Sequence record: OP380604.1
Strand: one strand, 5' to 3'
Length of the DNA stretch: 64,000 bases
In this document: positions 13,401-23,511 of the stretch, one piece after another
Layout: each line of letters opens with the position of its first letter
Numbering within the stretch: position 1 is the first letter of the stretch
The notes under the pieces: generated by a model
What the model saw: only the letters and a program-made list of their open reading frames with translations
Told to the model about the DNA's origin: nothing
Database searches by the model: none
Made by a program: the position numbers and the translations under genes

Positions 13401-13548
13401 CTCTGTTAAGGGCGCCACCGTTATCAGTGGCGCTAACAGCTCCGTCGGTATATTCACCGTTTTGAATCCAGTCGATGCGAGTCTGTCCAACGGCAGGAAC
13501 GCCGTCAACAAATGGCAATTGTGACTGTGTTGGTTTTTCGATAGCCAT
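10441..13548 (-). CDS. wac: fibritin (neck whiskers), 1035 aa
   Basis: LPFVDGVPAVGQTRIDWIQNGE..GALNRASVKVQKN N-terminus, heptad coiled coil, foldon-like DAPKDGAFYARKDGAW. Confidence 0.93.
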   Translation of the reverse strand: MAIEKPTQSQLPFVDGVPAVGQTRIDWIQNGEYTDGAVSATDNGGALNRASVKVQKNVNAINVELNKTKDSLSKVIDLAETHDRILNAQGDGTNLYDRMTAVEIVNKTHQDRLKRIEDDEIEHVAKTEAINKRITDTVDPQIVNIKKMLGNYKGFDQDGNPDVNAPGLGVKGQVERNWESSVQHENRIKSLESFWQGDTPDILIRNVRDIRSEIGPSSDKNNKTIYQRIKDGETRTLNIEDRLSDNDTATGKIEFPIKYVNQAGTEITVNNIWEYTKLVRGDVGANQNLLNTTVNTVSKHTTDIKTLQDFDVSSDQRLDTLESIVGVQPTDGLRGDVRALDLREANNASRLEGMVKTVTDLVNLETTPAVRDLQEDVAKLNPDVYGTGVDTDSDIVKLGIKTTNQRMYTEMYTPFKTGSGFILDTSDQNVDASFVRRYIDNKWEWRNLFDSDLVIGSNRSLRNFDGQSAVSFNLRPGLAPVTIFGQENSEIEIKGTVLNEIDIPGVKFKTQEVIKFGDVQHIIGNNKPIEFKIDTGSSLVVRFGTNVGTVIHSLNLKDYVADIDPRTGFRLNRDVGITADTTLGNKNVIKSGFLNKTVTVSDEGMLTEFAGEVSKIRLAIGANYTGYTDANVLINEVGASVFATKDYVEVGDTKASPALRTFGDDLRSVKVVAGSANTLYTVWHDGLDAPKDGAFYARKDGAWTAFNPGGNGQGLADDAPNNGLPHVRVTTNGNSVWEALGSKNINLSPNVAINFNTTDHGLVSAFAPLATGAISIGYDNSKSPITFKGRVQSFTMGNEQALLGLTTSDEIRTIVKVDFENDIVLGDENTAVYFGKQPLVDFNNSSYKVWHDGIDAPSDQKYYARRNGNWTEVFNGIDPNADVNTSGAYKSKNVNIGFTEQVGADYLVHLGQNNQYTKIEGKVMDIQLAQPVDNSFTSVKGMLKGAEINVIAVKDNVAGNSQVVVGDTNVELQMNCINAYVNGNAVITSAFDVPSNDIRYSRRNGQWVQSYYYGDFATNAPANPTEGDVFFEFVN

Positions 13549-13582
13549 TATTCACCCTTATAAGTTATTTTGCTAATACTGT

Positions 13583-13590
13583 TATTTAGT
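13583..13590 (-). promoter_or_regulatory. late promoter (ACTAAATA) for wac
   Basis: octamer 35 nt upstream of the wac start. Confidence 0.6.
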
Positions 13591-13591
13591 A

Positions 13592-14902
13592 TTAAGACCA
13601 GTATTTTTTAATACCGTAGATGTTCCACAAATAACAGTTTTCTGTGGTCACATAAAATGTGCGACCGTCACCACCGAACTTACCGTACCAATAATAAGCT
13701 TCATTAGCTACCAGATCCCAGTTAGGATATTTGTTTTGCATCTGTTCTATTTGCCAGCGACTCACTTCACGAGTAAAGAATACATGACCACCGTCGCGGG
13801 AGCCTTCAATAACAAGAGCATCAAAGTTCCACCACGGCTGATTGATTGCGAAGTTTCCGCGATCTAATGGTCCTTGCCACAAATGTGTCCATACTTCTTG
13901 TGGAGTACCGTGTTGGTGGCCGTTTGGTGAGCGAGAATTAATTAAACCGTCCACATAATCTTTCCGTGTAAATGAGTTCGATGAACCACTTTGTGGAGAA
14001 AGTGTGAATAATCCACGAACTGTTAGATCTCCGGTCATTTGATCGCCGTTTCTGTTAATAAACAAAGTTGCTCCGTGTGCGCTTAATGCTTTGTTAGTAA
14101 CACCAGATTGCGCGTTGTGTAAAAGAGCAGTAATGCCGTATTGTGTATCGGAAGCGATTGGAAGCGTCGCTGGACTGATTGCCAAGTCGGCAGCCGTTCT
14201 AGCGTTAGCTTCCGCTTGGGTTGCCATACGAACTGTTCCAACGCGATTCTGTGCAGCTCTAGTCTCAATAAATCCCTTCGGAGTAACTGCGAATCCTGTA
14301 TGCAAAGCCGCGTTTGTTACCAGAGCAGGACTATTTTTTACTGTACCCGCAACAGTTTCGGTTGCACCAGAAATACTTGTCACTGCAAATGTGTCGATTG
14401 CTGCTTTTACTTTAGCTGGTGTCATCGCAGTTGTGTCGTCCACGCCAGCTTTGGCAGCTACCAGAGTTGAAAGACTAACAGACCCACGCTTAGACTCAGA
14501 AGATGTTGCCTTGTTACGCACAACGTCCCACAATGCACTTGTGTTTACAGTAATATCAACCTTAGCGGCGGCTTCTTCTCTCTCGGCTACAGTAGCATAA
14601 CGAACAAGTCCATAGATCGTATCACTTGCATTTGGACGCACCCATTTTTGTTGTAAAGTAAACGGAGTAACTAATCTCGTTTTGTCGTTACCAAGTAATA
14701 CTTCATCAACGGTGGCCAATTCAGCAATACCGGATACGGTTTCACTCGCAACAGGCAAAGCCTTCGTGGCGTGTACGTCAATTTTTTCTCCCAGCTTTTG
14801 CAAATCGGTAATTGTATTATCGAATGCCGGTGCTTTTGAGGGGTCGAAAACAACCGACCCCGCTTTAGAGCTAATATGCTGTGTAATATTATTTGTTCTC
14901 AC
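13592..14902 (-). CDS. gp12: short tail fibre
   Basis: MRTNNITQHISSKAGSVVFDP, VASETVSGIAELAT repeats, HQHG metal site; follows gp11. Confidence 0.9.
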   Translation of the reverse strand: MRTNNITQHISSKAGSVVFDPSKAPAFDNTITDLQKLGEKIDVHATKALPVASETVSGIAELATVDEVLLGNDKTRLVTPFTLQQKWVRPNASDTIYGLVRYATVAEREEAAAKVDITVNTSALWDVVRNKATSSESKRGSVSLSTLVAAKAGVDDTTAMTPAKVKAAIDTFAVTSISGATETVAGTVKNSPALVTNAALHTGFAVTPKGFIETRAAQNRVGTVRMATQAEANARTAADLAISPATLPIASDTQYGITALLHNAQSGVTNKALSAHGATLFINRNGDQMTGDLTVRGLFTLSPQSGSSNSFTRKDYVDGLINSRSPNGHQHGTPQEVWTHLWQGPLDRGNFAINQPWWNFDALVIEGSRDGGHVFFTREVSRWQIEQMQNKYPNWDLVANEAYYWYGKFGGDGRTFYVTTENCYLWNIYGIKKYWS

Positions 14903-15873
14903 GAAATTCTCTCCCAGTAATAAAGTTTAGATACCGCAGCATCTAATCCAGTAATGTTAGTTTCTGCAAATTTTTGCCACTGTCCATAACCCTTAGCAGC
15001 AGGAGACGCAACTAGACCGGTCATAGTAACTCCATATTGAGTCCAAGCAGGAGGAACATGATTTTTATGATCTCTATGCTCGAACGAAATAGAAGTTGCC
15101 GAAACAGAACTAACGTTCTTAACATAAAGTCCAGCGTTTTCGAAATCCGCAAGAATCGTTAAAACTTGATCTTTTACCTGCGCCGCAATACTCTTATCCG
15201 CAATCACAACTCTGCGTCCGAATACGTTCAAGACAACATCAACGTCGGCAACAGGAGAAGCAATGATTCCGTCAAATTGCAATACCGTTTGTTGTGCTTT
15301 GCCGCTAGGATCATTGTTCTTTCTTTCGATAATAACTGAACCAACAGGCAAAGTCATACCGTCTGCCAAATCAACAATCGCGGATTGGACGTTTGGATGC
15401 GTAATATTGTCTTCCGCGTCTTGTAATGTAGCAAGGCCAATATTATCACTCAGAAACGTATTATCTAGGGACGGATGAAGTTCAAACTCGGAATGTCTTG
15501 CTAGACGAGATCTAATAAGAACGGCATCGGAAGTTTTTGTTTTTGCTACCGACGTTCTTCCTTCGAACTTGATACCTTTGACAATAGAAGTTATTAACTC
15601 AGTTTTTTTAACTCCCAGATTATCAAATTCAGTAATGACACAACGGAAATCGTTTGTGTTATATACTGTTCCCATAGACGGAAGAATAACAACGCTCATT
15701 AAAGTGGCAGACGGATGTTGAATCGCTGCCCAGTTAGCTGTGCCGGGAGCAGTCCACTCCCAGCGATATGTTACATAGCCGTTGTCGATATCAGTGTTCG
15801 CACCAACGGAAAATGAAAATCTTGATCCGTAGGCAAAAGTAATATCAACCGGCTGTTGATAGATATTGATCAT
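14899..15873 (-). CDS. gp11: baseplate wedge subunit / tail pin, with N-terminal extension
   Basis: SRLARHSEF, VQSAIVDL, GYGQWQKF, LYYWERIS; position between gp10 and gp12. Confidence 0.85.
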   Translation of the reverse strand: MINIYQQPVDITFAYGSRFSFSVGANTDIDNGYVTYRWEWTAPGTANWAAIQHPSATLMSVVILPSMGTVYNTNDFRCVITEFDNLGVKKTELITSIVKGIKFEGRTSVAKTKTSDAVLIRSRLARHSEFELHPSLDNTFLSDNIGLATLQDAEDNITHPNVQSAIVDLADGMTLPVGSVIIERKNNDPSGKAQQTVLQFDGIIASPVADVDVVLNVFGRRVVIADKSIAAQVKDQVLTILADFENAGLYVKNVSSVSATSISFEHRDHKNHVPPAWTQYGVTMTGLVASPAAKGYGQWQKFAETNITGLDAAVSKLYYWERIS

Positions 15874-18030
15874 TTATAGAACCCTTAGCCACATATGAAC
15901 CGTAATAAACGGTTGCAGATTATTAACTGGCAACGCAATCTCACTCGGACGCGCTTTCACCAAGTCTTCTCGATATCTCTTAAACCCGGGACCCTGATCG
16001 TCTGGGTCAAATTGACAACCGCCAACAAGAACATCACCAGCAGGATCAACAATCAAAGCTTTCTCGCTTGATGTTACAGGAGGAATATTGGTGATACCAA
16101 GTGTGTTTGTTACAGCACCTCCAGTATTACCAGCAGAATGTCTTGGGTTTCCGTTGACGTCTTTATCATTGGTATTCAATCCAAAATTCGGGTCATTCGG
16201 ATTATCTTCGTTCCACGAAACTGGAACTCTACCTTGTCCAAATCTACGCCATTCTCCAAATCCCATATATGACTTTGGATTATTTGGGTTGTGTGCGTTG
16301 ATATAAATTGACCCAACAGGATAAACCGACTCAAGTAAACTATCTACACTTGTAAATCGGATTGCATCTTCCGTTTCTGGATCTGCTACAGCAGTTGATG
16401 CATTGGGATTATTTGTATCGGTGTACATAATTTTGCTATTTCGATTGAACGTTCTATCGGAAACTAGGAATCGAGCATCTGCCAACTCTTTGATTCCACC
16501 GTCGCCTTCCCAATCAAGTGTTGTCCCGATATCGTTATTATACCAGCGAATAGTAATGATATCTTTGTGATTTAGTGGTTGGTTGATAACAAACTCACGA
16601 TAGCGATCATTCAAATCTGTTACTGTAGAGAAATCACCGCCGGACGGTACCCATGCACCACCAAGTGCGATACAAGATGTTTCGTCATTCGCATTTGCGC
16701 CTTCACAAATAAACGCTGGCAAATCGCCCTCGCCTGCTCTGGTAAGAGTTCTACCGTTTACGAGTATCTCCATACTAAACGGGTTATAAGTCTCGTTCTC
16801 CAGCAGGTCAAAGTCGTTTAAGCTGAATCTAGCTTTCTTACTGAGATCCCCTACCCAACGTTGTCCTGGAACAGTCTTAATGTCAGAAGTTGTAAGTTTT
16901 TCGTCATACACTCTAAGAGTATAACGCTGATATGAGCTACGATATGACGCGATTCCGTCAAGATAAGTCACAACGGTAACAACGTCACCCGCAAAACATG
17001 GCTCTGCCAAACGAATAGAAAATCCGTCAAGTGTATTCAGTTTATATACCGATACCTTATATGTCTGACTCGCGGTAGATGTTAGCTTTGTAATCAGATC
17101 TGGATAAACACCAATATATGCGGTACGACTTGAATCATATTGTAAGAACCACGGTCCAGTCGTTCCGTTTTGAACGTAAATTACGTTTGCGTCCATCGGC
17201 TTAGCGCCGTTTGCAAATTGCATGATAACGGTATTTGTAGACACTTCTCCACGAAAATCAACAATAACAAGTCCTTCAACTTTATTTTTTGTTGCGTTGA
17301 TTGTTCCAACTACACCCTGAGAATAGCCAACGATATCATTTTTCTTGCCACCTGTAATAGTCACATCACTAACAACAGGAGTTTTTGCTGTCATTGATCC
17401 GTAGTCAGTATTCTCGGAAATGCGATCCCCGTAATATAGCAAGTTACCGCGACGATAAACCTCTACCGCAGCTGGGTTATAACTGGATTCGAAAATATTA
17501 ATGAAATCAGTTTGGCCTTCAACTGCAATGAATTCCTTTCTTGCAACAGTAGCACCGTTTGCGGTACTAATTCCGTTCACTCGCTTGTTATCTGCATATT
17601 CCCATTTACCAGGACTGCAATATACAAGTTCGGCATCGAGATAGTTCTTCCAAAGCTTGTGCTTTTTGGTTGTTCCTTTAACGGTATCTGTGCCGCCAGG
17701 AACTAAGTTAACTGGGTTAGTTGCCCAAGAGCCGTTAACATCGCGAAGACGAATTACTTTACCGTAATCGGATGGCTTACCAGCAGGCAAGTTAACTGTG
17801 ATTTGTCCACCGGTTGTGTCGATTGTGTATGCTTTACCGAACACAACATTAAGCGGTGTGCCGACTGTAGAATAACGCTTCCACGCGCCAGCAGCGTGAG
17901 GAACAGAACCGTCGCCCAATTCACTATATAGTTCAGTGAAGTTGTCGTTAATCTTCTGTCCACCACGACGCATGTAATCACCGGTGCCGTCATCAACTGC
18001 GTTACCGATGATAATAGATTGTTTACTCAT
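15874..18030 (-). CDS. gp10: baseplate wedge subunit / tail pin
   Basis: IIIGNAVDDGTGDYMRRGGQKINDNFTELY, VYPVGSIYINAHNPNNP, LQPFITVHMWLRV. Confidence 0.95.
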   Translation of the reverse strand: MSKQSIIIGNAVDDGTGDYMRRGGQKINDNFTELYSELGDGSVPHAAGAWKRYSTVGTPLNVVFGKAYTIDTTGGQITVNLPAGKPSDYGKVIRLRDVNGSWATNPVNLVPGGTDTVKGTTKKHKLWKNYLDAELVYCSPGKWEYADNKRVNGISTANGATVARKEFIAVEGQTDFINIFESSYNPAAVEVYRRGNLLYYGDRISENTDYGSMTAKTPVVSDVTITGGKKNDIVGYSQGVVGTINATKNKVEGLVIVDFRGEVSTNTVIMQFANGAKPMDANVIYVQNGTTGPWFLQYDSSRTAYIGVYPDLITKLTSTASQTYKVSVYKLNTLDGFSIRLAEPCFAGDVVTVVTYLDGIASYRSSYQRYTLRVYDEKLTTSDIKTVPGQRWVGDLSKKARFSLNDFDLLENETYNPFSMEILVNGRTLTRAGEGDLPAFICEGANANDETSCIALGGAWVPSGGDFSTVTDLNDRYREFVINQPLNHKDIITIRWYNNDIGTTLDWEGDGGIKELADARFLVSDRTFNRNSKIMYTDTNNPNASTAVADPETEDAIRFTSVDSLLESVYPVGSIYINAHNPNNPKSYMGFGEWRRFGQGRVPVSWNEDNPNDPNFGLNTNDKDVNGNPRHSAGNTGGAVTNTLGITNIPPVTSSEKALIVDPAGDVLVGGCQFDPDDQGPGFKRYREDLVKARPSEIALPVNNLQPFITVHMWLRVL

Positions 18031-18956
18031 TATTGACCCCCAATGGATTCGATTGCTTTAACGGTAACGTCAATTGCAGTCGAACCGATGTTCTTGACAT
18101 ACATTCTAACAACTCCATTCACAATTCTATAATCAGCTTCATATAGCAAATCGTCTTTTGAATTTGCAGTTGACTTAGTGCGGATACGAGCGTATTCCGT
18201 CATATAAACAGTGTTGTCGTTATTGTTGCTGTTATTTACGAGTACCAAAACTTCACTCGCTTCTTGTTGAATATTCGATCCACGCTCGGTAACAAATACC
18301 ATATGCTTAACTGCGTTATACTGGAATTTGTTGAACAGGGGAATATCTTTAGTTACTCCTGTGCCGATGTTTGAAATTACACTGTTATATGGAACAGATC
18401 CGTCACCAAACAAACTCTCAACTTTATAGCTCCAATGTGAACCAGTTGGGTTTGCTTTATCTACCCATAGACGGATAGAAAAATATGGTTTCTGGATTTT
18501 CATCTGTGTTCCTAGAGTTCCAATACTATCACCGGAACCACTCACACGAATAATAACTTCTTTGCCTGATCCAACACCAACAGACCCGTCTGTGTTAATA
18601 ACGTGGACATATTCTCCCTGGTGATTGTTACCGGCAGGGAGAGTAACAATCAAATCGCCGGCACCGTCTCTTGTAACAGAGAGATCGTGAAGCGACCCGA
18701 ACTCAACTGGGTTACCGCTGGGTTGCTCTGCTCCTGCATAATATGCACGGGAGTGCTTCTGATAATATCCACCGGCATGAAGAGTCATTACCTGATTTCC
18801 TTGTCCGGCATCAGACTTAAATTGTCTGTAATCACCAAACACATTATACAAGCTATTCAAGTTTCTATTAAGCGAAGTACCGCCTTGGTATAGGGTATCG
18901 CCTGTTCCTTCCACACCTTCTTCACCGGTGTCAATCAAAATCTTAGTTTGCTGCAT
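18030..18956 (-). CDS. gp9: baseplate wedge long-tail-fibre connector
   Basis: IDTGEEGVEGTGDTLYQGG..LYNVFGD, LHAGGYYQKHS. Confidence 0.92.
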   Translation of the reverse strand: MQQTKILIDTGEEGVEGTGDTLYQGGTSLNRNLNSLYNVFGDYRQFKSDAGQGNQVMTLHAGGYYQKHSRAYYAGAEQPSGNPVEFGSLHDLSVTRDGAGDLIVTLPAGNNHQGEYVHVINTDGSVGVGSGKEVIIRVSGSGDSIGTLGTQMKIQKPYFSIRLWVDKANPTGSHWSYKVESLFGDGSVPYNSVISNIGTGVTKDIPLFNKFQYNAVKHMVFVTERGSNIQQEASEVLVLVNNSNNNDNTVYMTEYARIRTKSTANSKDDLLYEADYRIVNGVVRMYVKNIGSTAIDVTVKAIESIGGQ

Positions 18957-18984
18957 TATAAAGTTCTCCGTTGTTATATTAACT

Positions 18985-18992
18985 TATTTAGC
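18985..18992 (-). promoter_or_regulatory. late promoter (GCTAAATA) for gp9
   Basis: octamer 29 nt upstream of gp9, just after the gp8 terminator. Confidence 0.55.
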
Positions 18993-19004
18993 AAAATCAC
19001 CAAT

Positions 19005-19027
19005 AAAAAAGCCACCCGAAGGTGGCT
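19005..19027 (-). terminator. intrinsic terminator after gp8
   Basis: AGCCACC-TTCG-GGTGGCT followed by a T-run on the minus strand. Confidence 0.85.
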
Positions 19028-19031
19028 CTCA

Positions 19032-20030
19032 TTAAAACTCAAATACTAAGTTGAACTCTTCCGTTTGATCTCGCGAACGAATAATAGGCTGTCTGTTTTC
19101 CATATAAATCATTTCGCCTGAGTGTCTTTCAAGTTGACTTGGCAAATAGTTTGCACCCGTCGCTTTAACATCAGGGCTTGCTGGGTTATTTTTCACCAAA
19201 ATAGGATCAAGAATAACACTCAGTTGACGGAAACCTTTGTTACCTACCATAGACGCTTCTTTAAAATAAATACTGTCAATGTACGCTCGGAATCGCAACG
19301 TATGACATTTCATTCTATAGATAACATCGTATTTATTGGGATACCACTTCAATACATGTTGATAACCCCAACGAGTTGGATTAGAAATCAATTCCTGTGG
19401 AGTCGGCACAACAATATGCTCGTTTGTGCATTCGTTAATTGCCACATCAGGCGGAATCGTATATAGATATTCCCAGATATATCCGTCTTTCATATCAACG
19501 CCGTCACTCTTACCAACAGGCAAAAGCGATTCACGGCTAGGTGTCCACTTACCGCCGATTTTCATACATTCGCCCTTTTCAACAATGCTTTTAATACTAC
19601 ATTGTCCGACGTTAGGAACATCAACGCAACGATAAATCATCCACCCAGAACCAATCTCTGTTCTATTATAGGGAGCACTGTTTGTTACAACAATATCACC
19701 GATATGATGAATAAACGGATCAGTAAATCGCTGATCTCCCCAGTCGTCACGAGGAACAACAGGACGTAATAAAGCTTGCTGGATTTTTACAGCACCCAAC
19801 ATACGGGACCATACATCAGCGATTCCCTCGATTGAATCATCTGGATACGGTGGAGCAAACTTAGAATCCGTCTCATTGTCCGCCCATTTATCTGGGCGGC
19901 CAAATGTCGCGTAAATCGTATGTTTGTCTGCCGTATCGCCAATCGAGTTATAAAAGTTCAGGAGGTTTTCTGTCCTGAACTTACTTGTTACAATTGAACG
20001 ATAGATAATAGAAGACATTTTATTCCTCAA
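19032..20030 (-). CDS. gp8: baseplate wedge subunit
   Basis: IYRSIVTSKFRTENLLNFY, FAPPYPDDS, WEYLYTIPPDVAINECTNEHIVVP, YMENRQPIIRSRDQTEE. Confidence 0.96.
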   Translation of the reverse strand: MRNKMSSIIYRSIVTSKFRTENLLNFYNSIGDTADKHTIYATFGRPDKWADNETDSKFAPPYPDDSIEGIADVWSRMLGAVKIQQALLRPVVPRDDWGDQRFTDPFIHHIGDIVVTNSAPYNRTEIGSGWMIYRCVDVPNVGQCSIKSIVEKGECMKIGGKWTPSRESLLPVGKSDGVDMKDGYIWEYLYTIPPDVAINECTNEHIVVPTPQELISNPTRWGYQHVLKWYPNKYDVIYRMKCHTLRFRAYIDSIYFKEASMVGNKGFRQLSVILDPILVKNNPASPDVKATGANYLPSQLERHSGEMIYMENRQPIIRSRDQTEEFNLVFEF

Positions 20031-23000
20031 TTCTTGTTTGTGACGGTTCTTTCAAAGCTACCAAACGACTAACATCACGAGGATCTCCCAAGTCGTCTTT
20101 CAGTCTTTGTTCTACGAGACGGCGATAATCACTGAATCGTGTACTAAAATCACTGAACAAAGGACTCCATTCTAAACGTCTTTCGGACGGTTTATAAACT
20201 TTTCCGTTCCAAGTAACGTTTGATTCGTTTGCGTCATAATTCCTGTTTCCGTAAGCAACACCGTTTGAATCTTTCGCAGTCTGCCATTTAGCAATATCAA
20301 AAGCAGTCTGTGCTTGTTGAACTTCGATCAATTCTCCGGTTTTACTATCAAATAACGGATCTGGATTATCTAGCGGCGAATCCGGGTTAACACTCGTTTT
20401 CAGTTTTGGAGTTACACTAGGAAGCCCTGAGTCCCATCTGTATGTCTTATTTATCTCAATCATGGTTTGCTGCGGCACCATACTAATACCACCGTTAATA
20501 AAAACAGTTAGCATAGCAATACCAATAAACCCGAATCCAACAGGATGAACAAAACGCAAAATATCGTCTCGATATCTAGCGGTGTTCAACTCGGAGCGAA
20601 TTTTCATCACATAGTAAGAACGATTCCGGTTGATATAATCAATGTCAGAATAAGCAAGTTCTTTACCTCGAACACCACGAACAATTTCACCCTCAAATGC
20701 GGAACTCTCTGATTTGATAATCTGCCCTTCGACGTACTTACCAATCAAGTTATGCAATGTAATCTTCCAGCGAAGCAGGCCGCTATCATAGATACGCTCG
20801 ATATAGGTAACGTTAGCTCTACCGGTAGGAGTGTATATAGTGCGTCCTACGAGACTTTGATCCACGTTTCCAGACTTAACAACGATATCATAATCAATAC
20901 CAACTGAACTCTCTACTTCGATTTCCACGTCCGCGTCATACAGCAGTTTAAACAGGAATTTATAACTCGCTTCTGTTCCCTTTGAGCTATAGAAATTCGC
21001 TGCTTTCGATTCGAAGAATCTAATAACTGAATCGCGCTTTTCCTGATCCAAATAAATGTTGCGACGTCTAATTTCTGACCACAGATATTCGAAGTTGTCT
21101 TTTTCTCTTGGATACTTATTACGAATCAGATTCAAAAGTCTGTTGTAATAAGTTTCAGATCCTTCTGAAATATATTTCAGATAGTATTCACCAAACTTAG
21201 AGAAATTGGATTCATCATCAAAATATACTTCCGGTCCCATTATTCTGATAAAGTGACTCAAGTCCGGATCAACAAGCCCGGTTTCGTCTTTCACAACAGG
21301 AGGTGTCGGACGTTCTTGATCTTGTAAGTTTGCCTCAATCGCTACCAATTCAGGTCTCCAAACAATCGTTGCATTATCACGAACACGATATGGATATTCG
21401 TAATAGGCAATTATTTCTCCTCCAGAAGCGCGTTCGCGATCATATCCCTTATGAATCATGATACCGTTACAGTATTGAGTGAATCCACTAAACTTGACGT
21501 TTTCGAGATAGAACTTGACGTTTCCTTTATTCCATACTTCCTTGTTTGTTTTGTAATCAGGGTCAAGTCTGTAGCTGTGTGTTTTTCTTGGATTAATAAC
21601 GACTGCTTTATTGTCATGAGAAATCCAGCAACGCTGTCCGTGCGTGGCCATCCAGCTAAAGTTTGCCTCGTTATAATAAGTCTGCGGACGTCTTGTATAT
21701 TCTTCGCCGTCCTCCGATTTCCATACATAGAAGTGGTGTCTCTTGTAAGACAAGTATGGATATTCGGAACTATATTTTACTGCCGAGCTAACATCATCTG
21801 GATATTTTTGTGGCAAATCAGAATCAACAACAGTTTCATCAAACTTATAAGCAGCGGAACTAACAAAGATGTTTACTCCGTCGGTACTCATGTTACTGAA
21901 CTTATGTTCAATGCTAAGTCTTTCCTGTTCGGTATTACCGAAAACTCTGACCCAAGAACCACCGTTTGGAATACCGGGTAGTACAATCTGGCCATTTTCC
22001 ATAATAAGCTCAAACTCATTTGGATTAGCAAATGCGGCATTGAATGCATCAACTTTAGCCTGCACCAAGTTTCCGTCAGCATCTTTCAAATCCGCATCAA
22101 AAATAAATGCATCTTTGTTCTTGCTGCTAATAGTGCGGACAACAGTCATTTGAACACCGTTCTTACCCCTGAATACTCTATTTTCCCATGAGGTTGTTAC
22201 TTGACCGGCATGTGACCCACCCGCAAAAGTAACCGACATTTTTGCAAAGTCAATTCCTTTTGTGTACCCGTTCGAGTTAATATTCCCAAGCTTGAATACT
22301 TCTGGTTTATATACTTCATCAAATCGATATACACCGGCTTCCGACGCAGGCAAAATATTATCCGGATTGCGACGATCTGTTTCCATAGTTGCAACTTTAC
22401 CAGTTACCAATGCGTAGCATTTGTCCTTGAATACATCAAGTTTCTTGACAACGCAAAGCGGGTTATTTGTGATATGGTAAACATTACTGTCCCACATCTT
22501 GATTGTGTTGCCTTCTGCGTCTGTGCCAATAGGAGCGTTCTTAACGAGAATGCGACGAAATTTATCTTCTGCTACAGCATAAATCCACTGATTGGACGCT
22601 GCCTGTGCTTCTACCTTGCGTCGAATATCTTCCGGATATGAAGTGTAGCGACCGAATACCAGAGTCTTAAATGGGATACTGGCATCGACGTCCATACGAA
22701 CGAATGTGATTTGATCGTCAGACCAGAAATGCGTATTGCTACTGAATCGGATTTCATCAGACTGACGTCCGTAGAAAACATCATCATAACCCAACAGGAA
22801 ACTACTGTTTGAGTTTTGATACATGATTGTACGAGCAACTGGATATCCAATTCTACCTGTTAGAGCTTGATAATACCACCAGTTTTGGCCTCCGTCATTC
22901 GATACTTTTGCCATATTCTGGAAACGCTCGAATGTATAAAGAACTTCGTCCTTATATCCGAGATAAGTACGGTCAACGCTAACACAAACCTTTTCAACTT

Positions 23001-23511
23001 CTTCTTGTATTAGGTGTGATTCCTCATCAGCGGCAATAAAGTTTTCTATATTGGTGATATTAGCAATACCCGGGTCATATACAAAGTTTTCGTTCATCAG
23101 CGTTGCATAGATCGGATCCTTGTCAAAGTTCACGTAATTTTTGTTATCAGTCAATTTGTTTTTTACAAAAACATTATTAGGAATCAACTGCGACATTGTA
23201 CTAACGGAATAAGCGTTTGTGTCGAATGTTTCAAAAACATCAGAATAAACCCAATCCGACGGCTCAAATCCAGAGAAAGTGGTAGAGATTCTAAAAATGT
23301 ATTTTGTGTTGGGTGCAAGGATTCTATCTTCGAACCAGTCGGGGTCTGGTGTGACCCCGCGCTGAATCCACGCATAATTTCCATCTCCGTTGTCAATGGA
23401 ATATTCTACGATGTAAAAGAAGTTAGAACCCACGTCATCCCATTTCAAGTGCAAGAAGTTTGCACCAAGCTTTGCTATACGCAAGCTGGTAATCGTGGGT
23501 GCCTTAATCAT
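20020..23511 (-). CDS. gp7: baseplate wedge initiator
   Basis: 1163 aa; KAPTITSLRIAKL..WDDVGSNF FN3 start, NFYSSKGTEASYKFLFKLLY, FVHPVGFGFIG. Confidence 0.95.
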   Translation of the reverse strand: MIKAPTITSLRIAKLGANFLHLKWDDVGSNFFYIVEYSIDNGDGNYAWIQRGVTPDPDWFEDRILAPNTKYIFRISTTFSGFEPSDWVYSDVFETFDTNAYSVSTMSQLIPNNVFVKNKLTDNKNYVNFDKDPIYATLMNENFVYDPGIANITNIENFIAADEESHLIQEEVEKVCVSVDRTYLGYKDEVLYTFERFQNMAKVSNDGGQNWWYYQALTGRIGYPVARTIMYQNSNSSFLLGYDDVFYGRQSDEIRFSSNTHFWSDDQITFVRMDVDASIPFKTLVFGRYTSYPEDIRRKVEAQAASNQWIYAVAEDKFRRILVKNAPIGTDAEGNTIKMWDSNVYHITNNPLCVVKKLDVFKDKCYALVTGKVATMETDRRNPDNILPASEAGVYRFDEVYKPEVFKLGNINSNGYTKGIDFAKMSVTFAGGSHAGQVTTSWENRVFRGKNGVQMTVVRTISSKNKDAFIFDADLKDADGNLVQAKVDAFNAAFANPNEFELIMENGQIVLPGIPNGGSWVRVFGNTEQERLSIEHKFSNMSTDGVNIFVSSAAYKFDETVVDSDLPQKYPDDVSSAVKYSSEYPYLSYKRHHFYVWKSEDGEEYTRRPQTYYNEANFSWMATHGQRCWISHDNKAVVINPRKTHSYRLDPDYKTNKEVWNKGNVKFYLENVKFSGFTQYCNGIMIHKGYDRERASGGEIIAYYEYPYRVRDNATIVWRPELVAIEANLQDQERPTPPVVKDETGLVDPDLSHFIRIMGPEVYFDDESNFSKFGEYYLKYISEGSETYYNRLLNLIRNKYPREKDNFEYLWSEIRRRNIYLDQEKRDSVIRFFESKAANFYSSKGTEASYKFLFKLLYDADVEIEVESSVGIDYDIVVKSGNVDQSLVGRTIYTPTGRANVTYIERIYDSGLLRWKITLHNLIGKYVEGQIIKSESSAFEGEIVRGVRGKELAYSDIDYINRNRSYYVMKIRSELNTARYRDDILRFVHPVGFGFIGIAMLTVFINGGISMVPQQTMIEINKTYRWDSGLPSVTPKLKTSVNPDSPLDNPDPLFDSKTGELIEVQQAQTAFDIAKWQTAKDSNGVAYGNRNYDANESNVTWNGKVYKPSERRLEWSPLFSDFSTRFSDYRRLVEQRLKDDLGDPRDVSRLVALKEPSQTRIEE

